From NCBI GenBank assembly GCA_963719945.1, contig CAVRDX010000001.1, positions 512,001 through 576,000 of the forward strand: a stretch of DNA of 64,000 nucleotides, given 5' to 3'. Position 1 is the first letter of the stretch. Every line of letters starts with the position of its first letter. This document shows positions 9,119-19,154 of this stretch, in pieces. Both the position numbers and the translations under genes were made by a program. Under the pieces are notes generated by a model that saw only the letters and a list, made by a program, of their open reading frames with translations, was not told the origin of the DNA and made no database searches. The stretch comes from an uncultured Thermoplasmata archaeon. Lineage in GTDB: Archaea; Thermoplasmatota; Thermoplasmata; UBA10834.

Positions 9119-12100
9119 CTATGACCCTAGTTCTATTCTTTTGATCTCCTCTTCTCTATCTCTGAGGATCTTGGCCAGCTGCTCGAGCTCATCTTGGATG
9201 GATTGAAGCCTGCTCCATTCCTCCTCGAGCCTCTGTTCATCTTTTCGGATCGTCTCCTCGCGGTCTGAAATCTTCAGGTAGAGTCCGTCCAGTTCCTCTT
9301 TGCGGCGCTCGAGTTCCTCGAAAGTCTTCTCATCGACCGATGTAAGACCCTGCTTAGAGGCATCGACCTTCTCCCACAAGTCCTGGATTTCGGCTCGTTC
9401 ACGCTCAAGCCGTTCTAGCTCGATTATGAGGGTCTTCTCGCGGCTCTCAGTATCGCGTTCCTTAGCCTTGATCGATTCGTCCATGCGGCGCAATTCTAGT
9501 TCGCGCCTAAGGAGGGCATCCTCGTCTGGGGTGACAGGTTTCGGCTTAGATACGGCCATCTCCTTCGATATCTCAGCGACGCGTTCGCGCACTTCCTCCT
9601 CCAGCTTCTCCCTACGCTCCAATAGCTCCTCGCGCCACTTCTCGAGCTCAATACGGAGCTGGTCCAGCCCTGCATCCTTCTGTGCTATGGTGGATCGTTC
9701 TCTATCCAGCTCTATCTGGAGAAGCTCGAACTCATCTATTCCACGCTCTAATTCGACCACGCGCTTATCCAACGACTCCTCTTTGGCCCTAAGCGCCTCC
9801 TTCTCCTTTGAGATCTCATCAAGCACGGTCCTGTAATCGGATATTGATTGGTCAACACCTTGCTCTCGCATGTTCAGAGCAGTCTCCCGTGATGTCTGTT
9901 TCTCAAGGTGTGACTGTAATTCTGACTCTCTACGGACAAATTCGTCTTCTTGTGATGACAATCTGCTCTCGCGTTCCAGCAGGGCCGCCTCTTTCCCAGC
10001 GAGTACCGCTTCGACTTCCCCGGAGGCGCTCATCGCATTATCTATCTCAGCCTTCTGCTGTTCCAGCTCATTTCTGAGGCGTTCCAGCTCTTCTCTTTCT
10101 TGAGATGCAGCGATAGATTCGTCCTGGGATATGCGCTTCATCTCCGACTCCATCAACGCCAATGCAGTTTCTCGGGCCTCTAGCTCACTCATCTTCTTTC
10201 CAAACTCAGCTTCACTTGAGGATACGTGAGTGACCCGTTCTTGATGCTCCGCCTCAAAAGCAGATATCCGTTCGGATAGGCTCTTCTCAGCATCTGACAA
10301 TTCGGCCCTGAATGCTTCGAGCTCCTGTTCCTTGGTCTCCATCAGAGCTGATCTCTCCCGCAGCTCATCCTCTTTTGTTGAGATGTTGGCATTCAATTCT
10401 CTAAGGCCTGCATCCTTCTCTTCGAGCTCCCGTCTATGCGCTTCGATCTCTGCCTTGGATGCTGTTATGTCAGATTCCAATTTTGCAGCTGCAACCTCAT
10501 ACGATTCGCGATCGGCTGCGAGTGATTCGATGCTCTTATCCAATTGATCTCTATCGGAGTTGAATGATGAAACCTGATGCTCGAATTGACTCATCTTTTC
10601 AGCGAGGGTCGCTCTATCCGCGTTCAGGAGCGACATAGCCTCGTCAAGTGATACTCTCCTTCGCTCGATATCCTGCTCAAGAGAAGATAGCTCCTCCCGC
10701 TTGGATGCGCTCTGAGATTGAGTATCTGAGAGCTCGCCTCGGATCGTCTCAATCTCCCTCCGCTGTGATTCGATCTCCGACAACTGACTCTCCAGGTCAT
10801 TCTTGCCAGCCTTCAGCGACTCATCCTTCTCTGCAAGCCCCTGTTCCATGGATTCGAGGTCAGACCTGAGATTCTCGAGTTCGGCATTCTTGGTCTCAAC
10901 ATCCTTCTCTCTCTGCTCAAGTTCAATTGACCTCTGATCAAGTGTCTCAGCATGTTCGGTATGAGCTTTCCTGTGAGATTCGATCTCCACTCTTGATGAT
11001 TCGATCTCCGCCTGCATCCTCGCTAAATCATCAGATGCGCGGGCCCGTTCCTCCTCGAACAATTTCCGCTCTGCCTCGGTCGAACTGCGGATTTCATCGA
11101 GGTCGCTCTGGGCTCTATCAAACTCACGCTGGCGATCCTCGATTGCTCGTTCCTGTTCGGCCAGACGCTGCTCACGTCCACTGACTTCCTTTTCGAGTTC
11201 CCCCATCTCGCTTTTGACTGTCTCGAGAGCCGCCTCTGTCTGCGTCATCCGCACATCTCGTTCTTCCAATGAAGCCAGTTTGGCCGAGTACTCCGAACGC
11301 ATCTGTGCCAGGGCATCTTCCGATTCGCGCTTCGTTGCCTCCAATGACGCTTTTGTGGATTCGAATTCGTGATCTCTCGTCTTGAGATCTCTTTCCTTTG
11401 CACTGAGGCCGGATGCTATCTCATCCAATTCAATCTTCCAAGTCTCGAGCTCTGACTGCATGGATGATATCTCCATGGACTTCGCATCCAACTCATCCTT
11501 CGTCTTGTTGAATTCAGTCATCTTCTCGTCGACTTCGATACTCTTCTTCTCCAGTTCCGACAGCTCGACCTCATTCTTCACCAGTTGATCCTTCAGAACT
11601 CTTTCTCGCTCATCTAGTGTGCTTCGAGTCTGTTGTAGCATCTCGGCTGTCGATTTCAGATTATCTTGTTTTACTGCAAGTTCCCGCTCCATATCCTCGT
11701 AGCTCTCAGAGCGCTTGTTATGCTCACGCCTAATAAGGTCCAGTTCGACGCGCTCCTCCGCCATCTTGAGTTCTTGCGCGGCGATATCACTGGACCTCTG
11801 ATCCAGTATATTCTTCATCTCATCGACGGAGTAGCTCTTCTCTTCAATCTCCTTTCGCTCCTCCTCGATCTTTGCAAGCTTATCCTCATATGATGATTGC
11901 AGTTCGGAAATCCTCCTCTGCGTATCCGCGCTGGAGTTATCGAACGCGATCTTATCTTGCTCCAAGGAATTGCGGTCGAGAGTCAGTTTCTCCCTTGTAT
12001 CCTCGACTTCCTTGGCGAAAGAATTCTTCTCGTCCACGATTATATTCCGCTCTTCTTCGAGAGAATTCCGTTCTGCTTCGATTTTTGAACTCAGACCCTT

Positions 12101-13978
12101 GAGATCAATTTCACGCTTGGCGATCTCGGACATCTGTTCTGATAAGTTCGCATCTCTCTCCTTCAATCTGGATTCGAATTCCGATAGAGCGTCCTTCCTT
12201 GATGCGTACTCGCTTGAGAAGCGGTCTTCATCTGAGCGCAGCTTTTCCTCTCTTGTCTGCATCTCTGAAAGCTTCGAATTTGCCTCAGATTTCAACTGGT
12301 CGACCTCTTCAAGCAGTCTCTTCCGTTCATCATCCAGAGCAGACTGCCTCCGCTCACATGTCTCTTCCAACGATGCAGCGGTCTCCATCCGCTGTCGGCC
12401 CTCCTCCTCAACGGATGCAAGCTCCCTCTCCCGCTCGGCTATCTCCTCGAGCTTGCTAGTGACCTTTGCCTCTCGATCAGTCAGATTCTGTTCCTGAGAG
12501 ACGAGTCGGGCCCTGAGCGCATCGATCTCATGTGTCAAATGCGATACGGATTCTTCTCGCTGGGATACCTCGGATATGGAACGATCTATTGCCGAGCGTC
12601 TCTCGGAGAGTTCGTCCTCCTGGACCGTCCTTATTCGATCCAGTTCCTTCCTCTCGGAGTCAATTGACGCCCTCTCCTTCTCAAGCTCTACTTTGGACAG
12701 AGCGAATGTGTGCTCCTTCGCCTCCAATCCCGTTTCCCTTGAGCGAAGTTCTGCAGATAGGCTCTCCAGGGCGTTCTCCTTCTCCTGATGAATCCTCATC
12801 CGCTCGTCAAGAGACCGTCGGTCTGATTCAATTCTGGCCGTCAGGTCGACAAGGCGGCTCCGCTCACCTTCGAGACGCTTGGATTCGCCCTGTATCTCCA
12901 TCATCTTCTGTTCGGTCTTGAGGCTGACTATCTTGTCCAGCTGAAGATATCTTGCCTCTATCTCCTTCTCGACAGATTCAAGGTTGGCCTTCTTCGCATC
13001 CAACGCATGCATCTCTTTTTCCAGCTTGGCCTTCACCTTGGATGTCAACTGGGCTTCGTCACGAGTGAGTCTCACTCGGAAATCCTCGAGTTCTTTTCTC
13101 GTCTGGCGCACCTTGACGAGAGTCTGTCGAACTTCTTCACGTTCCTTTTCCAATGAGGCCCGTTCCGAAATTAGCTTCTGACCATCCTCATTTAATTTTC
13201 GTTCTTTTGAAAGGAGCTTCTCACGAGTTTCCTCCAGATTCTCCGCCTCTATCATCATCTCGTCTTGGCGGAGTTCTGCCAGAAGCTTGGCCTCGACATC
13301 TACCCTTATGGGCATTTGTTGCGAATCATCTGGAGAATATACTTCGAGTTCGCGCTGGATGGCCCCGAGCTTGGATGACTCCAATGTGGAAGACTTGAGT
13401 GATACTATGCAGACCGCTTTCTGCAATGCCACCAAGTCCCTTATGCTCTGAAGCAGCCTCATGACGCTTACAAATTTATTGTTCGTGATCAGGTACTCGA
13501 GAGAATCTATCAGGACCAGCCGTCCTCCACCCTCTTCCAAGAACCTCTTGATCGTCAAATTAAGCCGTTCGAGGTCCTTTGGACCTATGGCGTCCTCGCT
13601 CATCGCATTTGTGAGCCAGAATACTGGCACGTCCTTGAGATTGAAAGCCTTCTTGAGATTCTTCGGGTAGGTCCTGGAGACAATCATGCCCCTTTTGCCA
13701 TCTGCAAGGAATGATAGGAACAGGGAGTATGCGATTTCTGGCCGCTCTTCCTCCACGAGATAGGTCACAGAAGGCTCCAGCTGCCTGAGCTTATGAATAT
13801 CAGCCTTGGCCTCGTCAGCTCGGGGAATCTCATTTGGCTCTTCAGGGACGGTAACTCGCTCAGCCTGGGATAAAGGCTCGACCGCCTGGTCGGATATAGG
13901 TTCCTCGACCTTTGCACTGCTCTCTCTCGCCTTATCTCTCAAACCCATGGTGCCGGGCTCCATGTGTATGACGTTCAT
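9119..13978 (-). CDS. Giant protein: N-terminal DUF835 (inactive KaiC/RecA-like) domain plus about 1350-1400 aa Glu/Arg/Lys-rich coiled coil
   Basis: YLVEEERP..GMIVSRTYP..VFWLT..IGPKDL..LIDSLEYLITNN (DUF835), then a nearly Pro-free heptad-rich region; 1619-aa uninterrupted ORF. Confidence 0.85.
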   Translation of the reverse strand: MNVIHMEPGTMGLRDKARESSAKVEEPISDQAVEPLSQAERVTVPEEPNEIPRADEAKADIHKLRQLEPSVTYLVEEERPEIAYSLFLSFLADGKRGMIVSRTYPKNLKKAFNLKDVPVFWLTNAMSEDAIGPKDLERLNLTIKRFLEEGGGRLVLIDSLEYLITNNKFVSVMRLLQSIRDLVALQKAVCIVSLKSSTLESSKLGAIQRELEVYSPDDSQQMPIRVDVEAKLLAELRQDEMMIEAENLEETREKLLSKERKLNEDGQKLISERASLEKEREEVRQTLVKVRQTRKELEDFRVRLTRDEAQLTSKVKAKLEKEMHALDAKKANLESVEKEIEARYLQLDKIVSLKTEQKMMEIQGESKRLEGERSRLVDLTARIESDRRSLDERMRIHQEKENALESLSAELRSRETGLEAKEHTFALSKVELEKERASIDSERKELDRIRTVQEDELSERRSAIDRSISEVSQREESVSHLTHEIDALRARLVSQEQNLTDREAKVTSKLEEIAERERELASVEEEGRQRMETAASLEETCERRQSALDDERKRLLEEVDQLKSEANSKLSEMQTREEKLRSDEDRFSSEYASRKDALSEFESRLKERDANLSEQMSEIAKREIDLKGLSSKIEAERNSLEEERNIIVDEKNSFAKEVEDTREKLTLDRNSLEQDKIAFDNSSADTQRRISELQSSYEDKLAKIEEERKEIEEKSYSVDEMKNILDQRSSDIAAQELKMAEERVELDLIRREHNKRSESYEDMERELAVKQDNLKSTAEMLQQTRSTLDERERVLKDQLVKNEVELSELEKKSIEVDEKMTEFNKTKDELDAKSMEISSMQSELETWKIELDEIASGLSAKERDLKTRDHEFESTKASLEATKRESEDALAQMRSEYSAKLASLEERDVRMTQTEAALETVKSEMGELEKEVSGREQRLAEQERAIEDRQREFDRAQSDLDEIRSSTEAERKLFEEERARASDDLARMQAEIESSRVEIESHRKAHTEHAETLDQRSIELEQREKDVETKNAELENLRSDLESMEQGLAEKDESLKAGKNDLESQLSEIESQRREIETIRGELSDTQSQSASKREELSSLEQDIERRRVSLDEAMSLLNADRATLAEKMSQFEHQVSSFNSDRDQLDKSIESLAADRESYEVAAAKLESDITASKAEIEAHRRELEEKDAGLRELNANISTKEDELRERSALMETKEQELEAFRAELSDAEKSLSERISAFEAEHQERVTHVSSSEAEFGKKMSELEARETALALMESEMKRISQDESIAASQEREELERLRNELEQQKAEIDNAMSASGEVEAVLAGKEAALLERESRLSSQEDEFVRRESELQSHLEKQTSRETALNMREQGVDQSISDYRTVLDEISKEKEALRAKEESLDKRVVELERGIDEFELLQIELDRERSTIAQKDAGLDQLRIELEKWREELLERREKLEEEVRERVAEISKEMAVSKPKPVTPDEDALLRRELELRRMDESIKAKERDTESREKTLIIELERLERERAEIQDLWEKVDASKQGLTSVDEKTFEELERRKEELDGLYLKISDREETIRKDEQRLEEEWSRLQSIQDELEQLAKILRDREEEIKRIELGS

Positions 13979-14047
13979 CTCCGGGGGGAGGCTAACGCCA
14001 AAGAGTCTTGCTCTCGTAATATAGCGTAATATACATTAAATCATGGT

Positions 14048-15244
14048 TCAAATTTTCATGCGGTCAAGTACGCGTTCGTAAAGTGTGAAATCCTCAGATT
14101 TCGAGAATTTATCTATTACTTCGCTCGGCAGCTGCCCCAGCAGGTTGTCCAAAACCTTGAGGAGACGACGGACCTCCTCATCAGCCCCTGAGATATCTGA
14201 GAGCCTACCCTCCATCTCCTTCTTATCATTCAATATCGCACTTATGTGGTTGGACGCATCTTGAATCACAGCCGAAATATCATTTGCCCCTTCCATATCA
14301 ACAGCCATATCGATCATCTGACACAAGCCCGAGATTGCACGAACGAGATCTTCTCGATCATCTGTCGTCATGACACTGACTGCGGGCGCATCCGAAGCAG
14401 GTTCTGTGTTCCCTCCTTCACGCAGTTCAGCTTCGCGAGCCTCTAGCTGTTTCATCTTCGAGGCATATGCTTTGATCTTCCTATCGACCATCTCCTCTCG
14501 CTTTGCAATCTGCATCTCCCTCTCAGAGCGGTCAGCCACAGGATCCCCGCATGATTCATTGACCATGGATTCCAAGAGCGGTCGCATATCGCGTCCTTCC
14601 AACATCGAGGCTATCGCCGGTAATTGTATGATACGGTCAACATCGATGGACAACCCATGTATCCTCCGCTCCAGAGCCGATATGTCTGCAAAGTCTTTCG
14701 AGAGTGCAGATAATGCCCCCTCGAAGTCGTCTGGCCCAATCGGAGGGGATCCATCGCCGGATGAAGTGAATGCAGAGATATTGACACGTACCTGATCGAT
14801 CCTGTTCCTCATCCTAGAGAGCGTCGCCTCACGTTCGGATATGAATGCCTCAAGCGCCTCGCCGAGATCACCAATAGAAGATGCTACTTCTTCAGAGATG
14901 CTAGTCGTCTCATTCGGCGCCTCTGCAGACATCTTGGATATTTCATCCTCCTCGCCAGTCTCACTCACTGGCCTCTTGCCCCAATCCATGAGCTTGGCCA
15001 GGAGCTTGTCATCCTCCGCTGGGTCTTTTGGCTTGACTGATTTGACAATGAATCTCATCGAGCATTTGGTGCATTGCGCAGTGCCGAGTTCCATGACAGT
15101 TTTGCAGCGCGGGCAATTGAACGCCTTGACTTCGCTGTCCAGCTCGGAATAGCATGACTGACATCTATCGCTGTTCTGGTCGACCACCGCGCCGCAGCTC
15201 ATGCAGTATGCTTCACCAGCCTTCGTTATTCCCTTTGAAACCAA
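14048..15244 (-). CDS. Double Zn-ribbon plus coiled-coil hypothetical protein
   Basis: Four CxxC pairs at the N-terminus (CMSC, CQSC, CPRC, CTKC), helical middle, C-terminal LDNLLGQLPSEVIDKF..F.LYE helix bundle; GAGAGGAG RBS before TTG. Confidence 0.8.
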   Translation of the reverse strand: MVSKGITKAGEAYCMSCGAVVDQNSDRCQSCYSELDSEVKAFNCPRCKTVMELGTAQCTKCSMRFIVKSVKPKDPAEDDKLLAKLMDWGKRPVSETGEEDEISKMSAEAPNETTSISEEVASSIGDLGEALEAFISEREATLSRMRNRIDQVRVNISAFTSSGDGSPPIGPDDFEGALSALSKDFADISALERRIHGLSIDVDRIIQLPAIASMLEGRDMRPLLESMVNESCGDPVADRSEREMQIAKREEMVDRKIKAYASKMKQLEAREAELREGGNTEPASDAPAVSVMTTDDREDLVRAISGLCQMIDMAVDMEGANDISAVIQDASNHISAILNDKKEMEGRLSDISGADEEVRRLLKVLDNLLGQLPSEVIDKFSKSEDFTLYERVLDRMKI

Positions 15245-15327
15245 CTCAATCTCTCCTCTTCGGACCGGGGGGGTTCGCAGGTTGGTCCTTTTCCTCTGAA
15301 CACAGATAGCCGCAAGTGCCTTTAGGC

Positions 15328-15846
15328 TTATTGGTATCGATCGTACATCACGAGATCTTCGATATTCTTACGCGGAACGCGTACTGGAACCTCGTCAGGA
15401 TATCCGAGAGGGGTCATCGCAATCACCTTGACGTCCTCAGGTATCGACAACGCCTCACGCACCTTATCCTCCTTGAACCAGGCGATCCAGCAAGTGCCAA
15501 GACCCGTTGCATGGGCCATCAGCGTCAAGTGATCCATGGCGATAGATGCATCAATCACATGACTGCTCATATATCCACCAACTGTCTGGAACGCCTCGTC
15601 TGGAATCCCACAGATCACGAGGACAACCGGCGCCTGAGCGATGAACTTCTGGCCATTTGCTGCTGCCACCAGCTTGAGCTTAGTATCCTCATCCCTAACC
15701 ACCAGGATTCTCCAGGGTTGAGCATTGTTTGCGGATGGCGCATACCTCGCAGCGATCAGGACCTCTCGGAGTAAATCGTCAGGTACTGGCATCGCTTTGT
15801 ATCGTCTGATACTGCGTCTTCCCTTGATGGCATCCATCAAGTCCAT
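15328..15846 (-). CDS. Nitroreductase family protein
   Basis: RRSIRRY, APSANNAQPW, GLGTCWI, LGYP. Confidence 0.92.
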   Translation of the reverse strand: MDLMDAIKGRRSIRRYKAMPVPDDLLREVLIAARYAPSANNAQPWRILVVRDEDTKLKLVAAANGQKFIAQAPVVLVICGIPDEAFQTVGGYMSSHVIDASIAMDHLTLMAHATGLGTCWIAWFKEDKVREALSIPEDVKVIAMTPLGYPDEVPVRVPRKNIEDLVMYDRYQ

Positions 15847-15967
15847 GGGGTCCCTGGCATCAGTAAGGATTACTGCCAATAATAATCTTTACTCATTAGC
15901 CACGGCTGTTCATGGAGCATCGAATCAGTGCGCATCTACAGAGACAGATATGATTCTGCAGCTATGA

Positions 15968-16366
15968 TCACTTCTCAATCAGCTTGATCAGCGTAGCTGT
16001 CCTCAGGACTCCTGGAAATGCTCTCAGTTCGTCGACTCTTTTGTTCAGTTCGTCCAGGCTATCCGCCCTCAAACGCACCGCGACGTCGAACTCGCCTGAA
16101 CATTCGAACACGCTTTCAGACAGCTCAGTCGCTTTCGCCTTGACCGCTGGAGTCCTACCGACATGCGTGTCGATCAGCACGATCCCCTCGAATCCGACTG
16201 GGGTTGTCTCTATCGTGAACTTGCGAATGACTCCCTCGCGAACGAGCTTCTCTATCCTGGCACGGACCGCTCTTTCAGTCAGATTGACCCTGCGGGCGAT
16301 CTCCGTATTCTTCATCCTTGAGTTGTCCCTCAGGAGGTTAAGGATCTTTACGTCGGTATCGTCCAT
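15968..16366 (-). CDS. Lrp/AsnC family transcriptional regulator
   Basis: MDDTDVKILNLL..NSR..EIARRVNLTERAVRARIEKL..GVI HTH; SGEFD effector domain. Confidence 0.92.
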   Translation of the reverse strand: MDDTDVKILNLLRDNSRMKNTEIARRVNLTERAVRARIEKLVREGVIRKFTIETTPVGFEGIVLIDTHVGRTPAVKAKATELSESVFECSGEFDVAVRLRADSLDELNKRVDELRAFPGVLRTATLIKLIEK

Positions 16367-16510
16367 GAATCCGGGTATACGTCGTTCCTATTTTCGTACC
16401 TTTCGATGAAAAACATGCAAAAACGTCGTTTATGCCGGGTTCGCACCCCGGCAGACGCCCCCTAGAGTACACATATGATCCCTAGGGGTGTGTCTTGAAT
16501 AGGGTTTACT

Positions 16511-16843
16511 TCAGATCTTCTGAAGGATATAGATCGTTGCTTCGTCGCTCTCAGTCGGCCTTTCGGAGAACTTATAGAGCTTTCCAAGCTTGTTCATTAG
16601 GTCCTGTCTCTTCTCGCCCTTCTTTGCCTCGAGGTCGTACTCAAGAAATGCAAGAGGTACATCCTTCAGCTTCACGGTCGTAGCCATCAGGACACGTGCC
16701 CTGAACTTGACCTTGGGGCCCTGTACCTCAACCGTCTCATCCGGAACAAACTTCAGGTCGCCTCTCTGCACTCTGATTGTGGCGAATACCCTGTCCTTCA
16801 ATTTATCCCAGTCCTGTGAGAACTTCATCGTTCTAGCTTTCAT
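16511..16843 (-). CDS. Hypothetical protein (possibly ASCH/PUA-like)
   Basis: 110-aa basic ORF with F.TIR motif near the N-terminus; fills the intergenic space. Confidence 0.6.
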   Translation of the reverse strand: MKARTMKFSQDWDKLKDRVFATIRVQRGDLKFVPDETVEVQGPKVKFRARVLMATTVKLKDVPLAFLEYDLEAKKGEKRQDLMNKLGKLYKFSERPTESDEATIYILQKI

Positions 16844-17038
16844 CGAATATCACTGATATCCCGTGATATCTACCGAATATTAAGTGTTGCTGGCAAACAA
16901 CCTGTTAAGTGCTCAATTGCGTGCACGGTCAAAGTATCATCACCAGAAAGAAAATCCACCTCCGTTCAAGGGCTATCAAACCATGCTTTTGAATATGTGG
17001 ACTACAACTGAATATACAGCTGATCAGAAAAGGATGGA

Positions 17039-17116
17039 TGGTGGGCCCAACCGGATTTGAACCGGTGACCTCCCGGTTATCAGCCGGGTGCTCCAGCCAA
17101 CCTAAGCTATGGGCCC
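17039..17116 (-). tRNA. tRNA-Ile(GAT), CCA encoded
   Basis: GGGCCCA acceptor stem, anticodon arm CCCGG-CT-GAT-AA-CCGGG, GGTTCAAATCC T arm, ends ACCA. Confidence 0.96.
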
Positions 17117-17185
17117 ATGTGGCTTTTTGCGCAATACAGTGATTGGGATTAAATACTTTCCATCCAGGTTATATTATCATATTGT

Positions 17186-18262
17186 TCATTCCTTGAGGTC
17201 GAATGAGCCATATGTGCCCGTACATGGCTTCCCACTGCATATATGTGCGCGAAGATTTGTCAAATCGTATATCACGGAGAATATGGTCTCTGATACATCC
17301 AGGGGATGATCTTTCGGGTCTGCGTGCCTGCACACTGACCCGGGTTTGTCCACATGATCCCTGAAGATGGATATGATTGATTCGACTGTGACCTCACCCA
17401 GCTGTGCCTCGATCAACCTCAGCGCGCGATGGTATCTTACCAGAGAACACGCAATGGAATCAGGGTACTGTTCAAAGCGAGACATCTTCTCCGTCAGGTA
17501 GTGATTCGTATGGACTAGGTATCCATCAATAGCATACATGCACGCATAATCGGTTGCCGAACCTTCCAGAGAGTATATCTCCCCGCTCTTATCCGAGCAG
17601 ATATTGTTGTAACTCGAAGCACGGCTTGGAGGCATTGCATATCCGATTGCCTCCCCTATCCGTCTTGACTCTAGAGCCTTTCTGACTGGGAAGAGCTTCG
17701 GAATGCCGATCCTAGTATCGTTAGGATTGAGGGCGTTTCCCGTCAGGCTGATTCCGCTGCTGTTCATTCCTGAGGAAGGCACAAGCCCGGCATATGATGT
17801 AGCGATGAATGCGGGCTTCTTGCTGGGGCGCGCGTGAAGCAGCACGACAGTCTCTAGTTGATTCTCGGACCAGTCCTCGTTGTGTCCAATGAGGACATCA
17901 CCGTTCTTAGTCACATCCCCGTTCGTGGCGACATCCGTGCATCCCCGGAATCCCAACGGATTGAGCAGCTCGTGGCAACAGAGGACAAAGGCGTCCTCGA
18001 AAGGCATCCTTGCGCCATCGGAATAACCTCTGATCTCCTCAATGAAATCAGGGTAGAATCCCTCAGCATGAGGCAGGTACAATTTTGCTCTCCTGACCGT
18101 TTTCTCCCAAGACATACCCGTCGAATGAATTATGGTCTGAGAGATGGCGTCTCTGTAGACACGTGCCTTTTTCGCGCATTTTGAGCCTGCCTGTTTACCC
18201 ATGTCGTATGGCTTGCCTGACACCTCGACTATCGGAAGGCCGCCGACAGACTGCTTCTTCAT
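17186..18262 (-). CDS. C45 family autoproteolytic Ntn-hydrolase/acyltransferase
   Basis: G-CT self-cleavage site (FRGCTD), GHNEDW, GMNSSG, VHTNHY. Confidence 0.88.
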   Translation of the reverse strand: MKKQSVGGLPIVEVSGKPYDMGKQAGSKCAKKARVYRDAISQTIIHSTGMSWEKTVRRAKLYLPHAEGFYPDFIEEIRGYSDGARMPFEDAFVLCCHELLNPLGFRGCTDVATNGDVTKNGDVLIGHNEDWSENQLETVVLLHARPSKKPAFIATSYAGLVPSSGMNSSGISLTGNALNPNDTRIGIPKLFPVRKALESRRIGEAIGYAMPPSRASSYNNICSDKSGEIYSLEGSATDYACMYAIDGYLVHTNHYLTEKMSRFEQYPDSIACSLVRYHRALRLIEAQLGEVTVESIISIFRDHVDKPGSVCRHADPKDHPLDVSETIFSVIYDLTNLRAHICSGKPCTGTYGSFDLKE

Positions 18263-18317
18263 GGCGCCTGCAAGGAGCAATCTTCCCTAAAAACCCTAGG
18301 ATTCAGAATGATATCAT

Positions 18318-19154
18318 TCAAATCCTCGCATCGAACGAAGGGACAGCCTGCATTATCTTGAGGATTGATTTTGGAACCTTCTTATGAGAGTCTACGATTA
18401 TCCCGCTCCTTGTGATGCTCATCGGTCGGGGTTGAGTGTCATGGGCCGATCCTCGAAATTTCTCGATTGTCACGAATCTCTCAGTCTTCGACGCGACCAT
18501 GAGCTTGTGGAATCTTATCATACCCCTTGCCATGAGTGTCTCAGGCTCCATCGACGTAGGGTCAGGCATGTCCGTTATCAGGATACAAGTGACATTTGAC
18601 TCTGAAAGGAATCTCAGCAATGACATGACCCCCATATCCACATCATCTTCTCCACCGGATAGCCGCTTCAATGACGTCATCGAATCGATGACGACACGTG
18701 AGTATCTTACTTCCTGCAGCTCCTGCCGAAGCATCATCTGAAGCGATTGCGGAGATAGGTCAGGTGAGACCTGTTTCATGGCCTCTGCGCGACCATCCTG
18801 TCGAGCTTCTCGAAGCGATCCCACGCTCCTCTGCGCGCCAACTTCCACAAGCGAGTCTTTCCTATTGTAGGCTTTTGCGGAAGGATGAACGTCAAGTATC
18901 CGTATCTTCCCTACGTCCCAGCCCAGGAATCTCACATTCTCCCTAAGCTCGGATGGAGGTTCGTCTATCGACACGAAAAGCGCCCTCTCGCCCTGTCTGA
19001 CCCCCTGTTGAAGGAATTGTATGCTAAACGTGGTCTTGCCGCTGCCTGTCGTGCCTGCCACCACATAAGGGCGGCCAGCTATCAACCCGCCCTTTAGCAT
19101 GTCATCCATCCCAGGGATGCCAGTGCTCATCCTAGTCTGTTTATCTTGAGTCAT
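18318..19154 (-). CDS. KaiC/RAD55-like single-domain ATPase
   Basis: STGIPGMDDMLKGG, Walker A GTTGSGKT, IDEPP, VIDSMT, EKFRGS; GGAGGTGG RBS before ATG 19154. Confidence 0.9.
   Translation of the reverse strand: MTQDKQTRMSTGIPGMDDMLKGGLIAGRPYVVAGTTGSGKTTFSIQFLQQGVRQGERALFVSIDEPPSELRENVRFLGWDVGKIRILDVHPSAKAYNRKDSLVEVGAQRSVGSLREARQDGRAEAMKQVSPDLSPQSLQMMLRQELQEVRYSRVVIDSMTSLKRLSGGEDDVDMGVMSLLRFLSESNVTCILITDMPDPTSMEPETLMARGMIRFHKLMVASKTERFVTIEKFRGSAHDTQPRPMSITRSGIIVDSHKKVPKSILKIMQAVPSFDARI

Noticed and set aside
9300-13670. Many Ser/Arg-rich + strand ORFs
   Set aside because: They are antisense shadows of the Glu/Arg-rich coiled-coil gene.
9119-13978. SMC/Rad50 annotation
   Set aside because: No Walker A/B, signature motif, hinge or Zn-hook.
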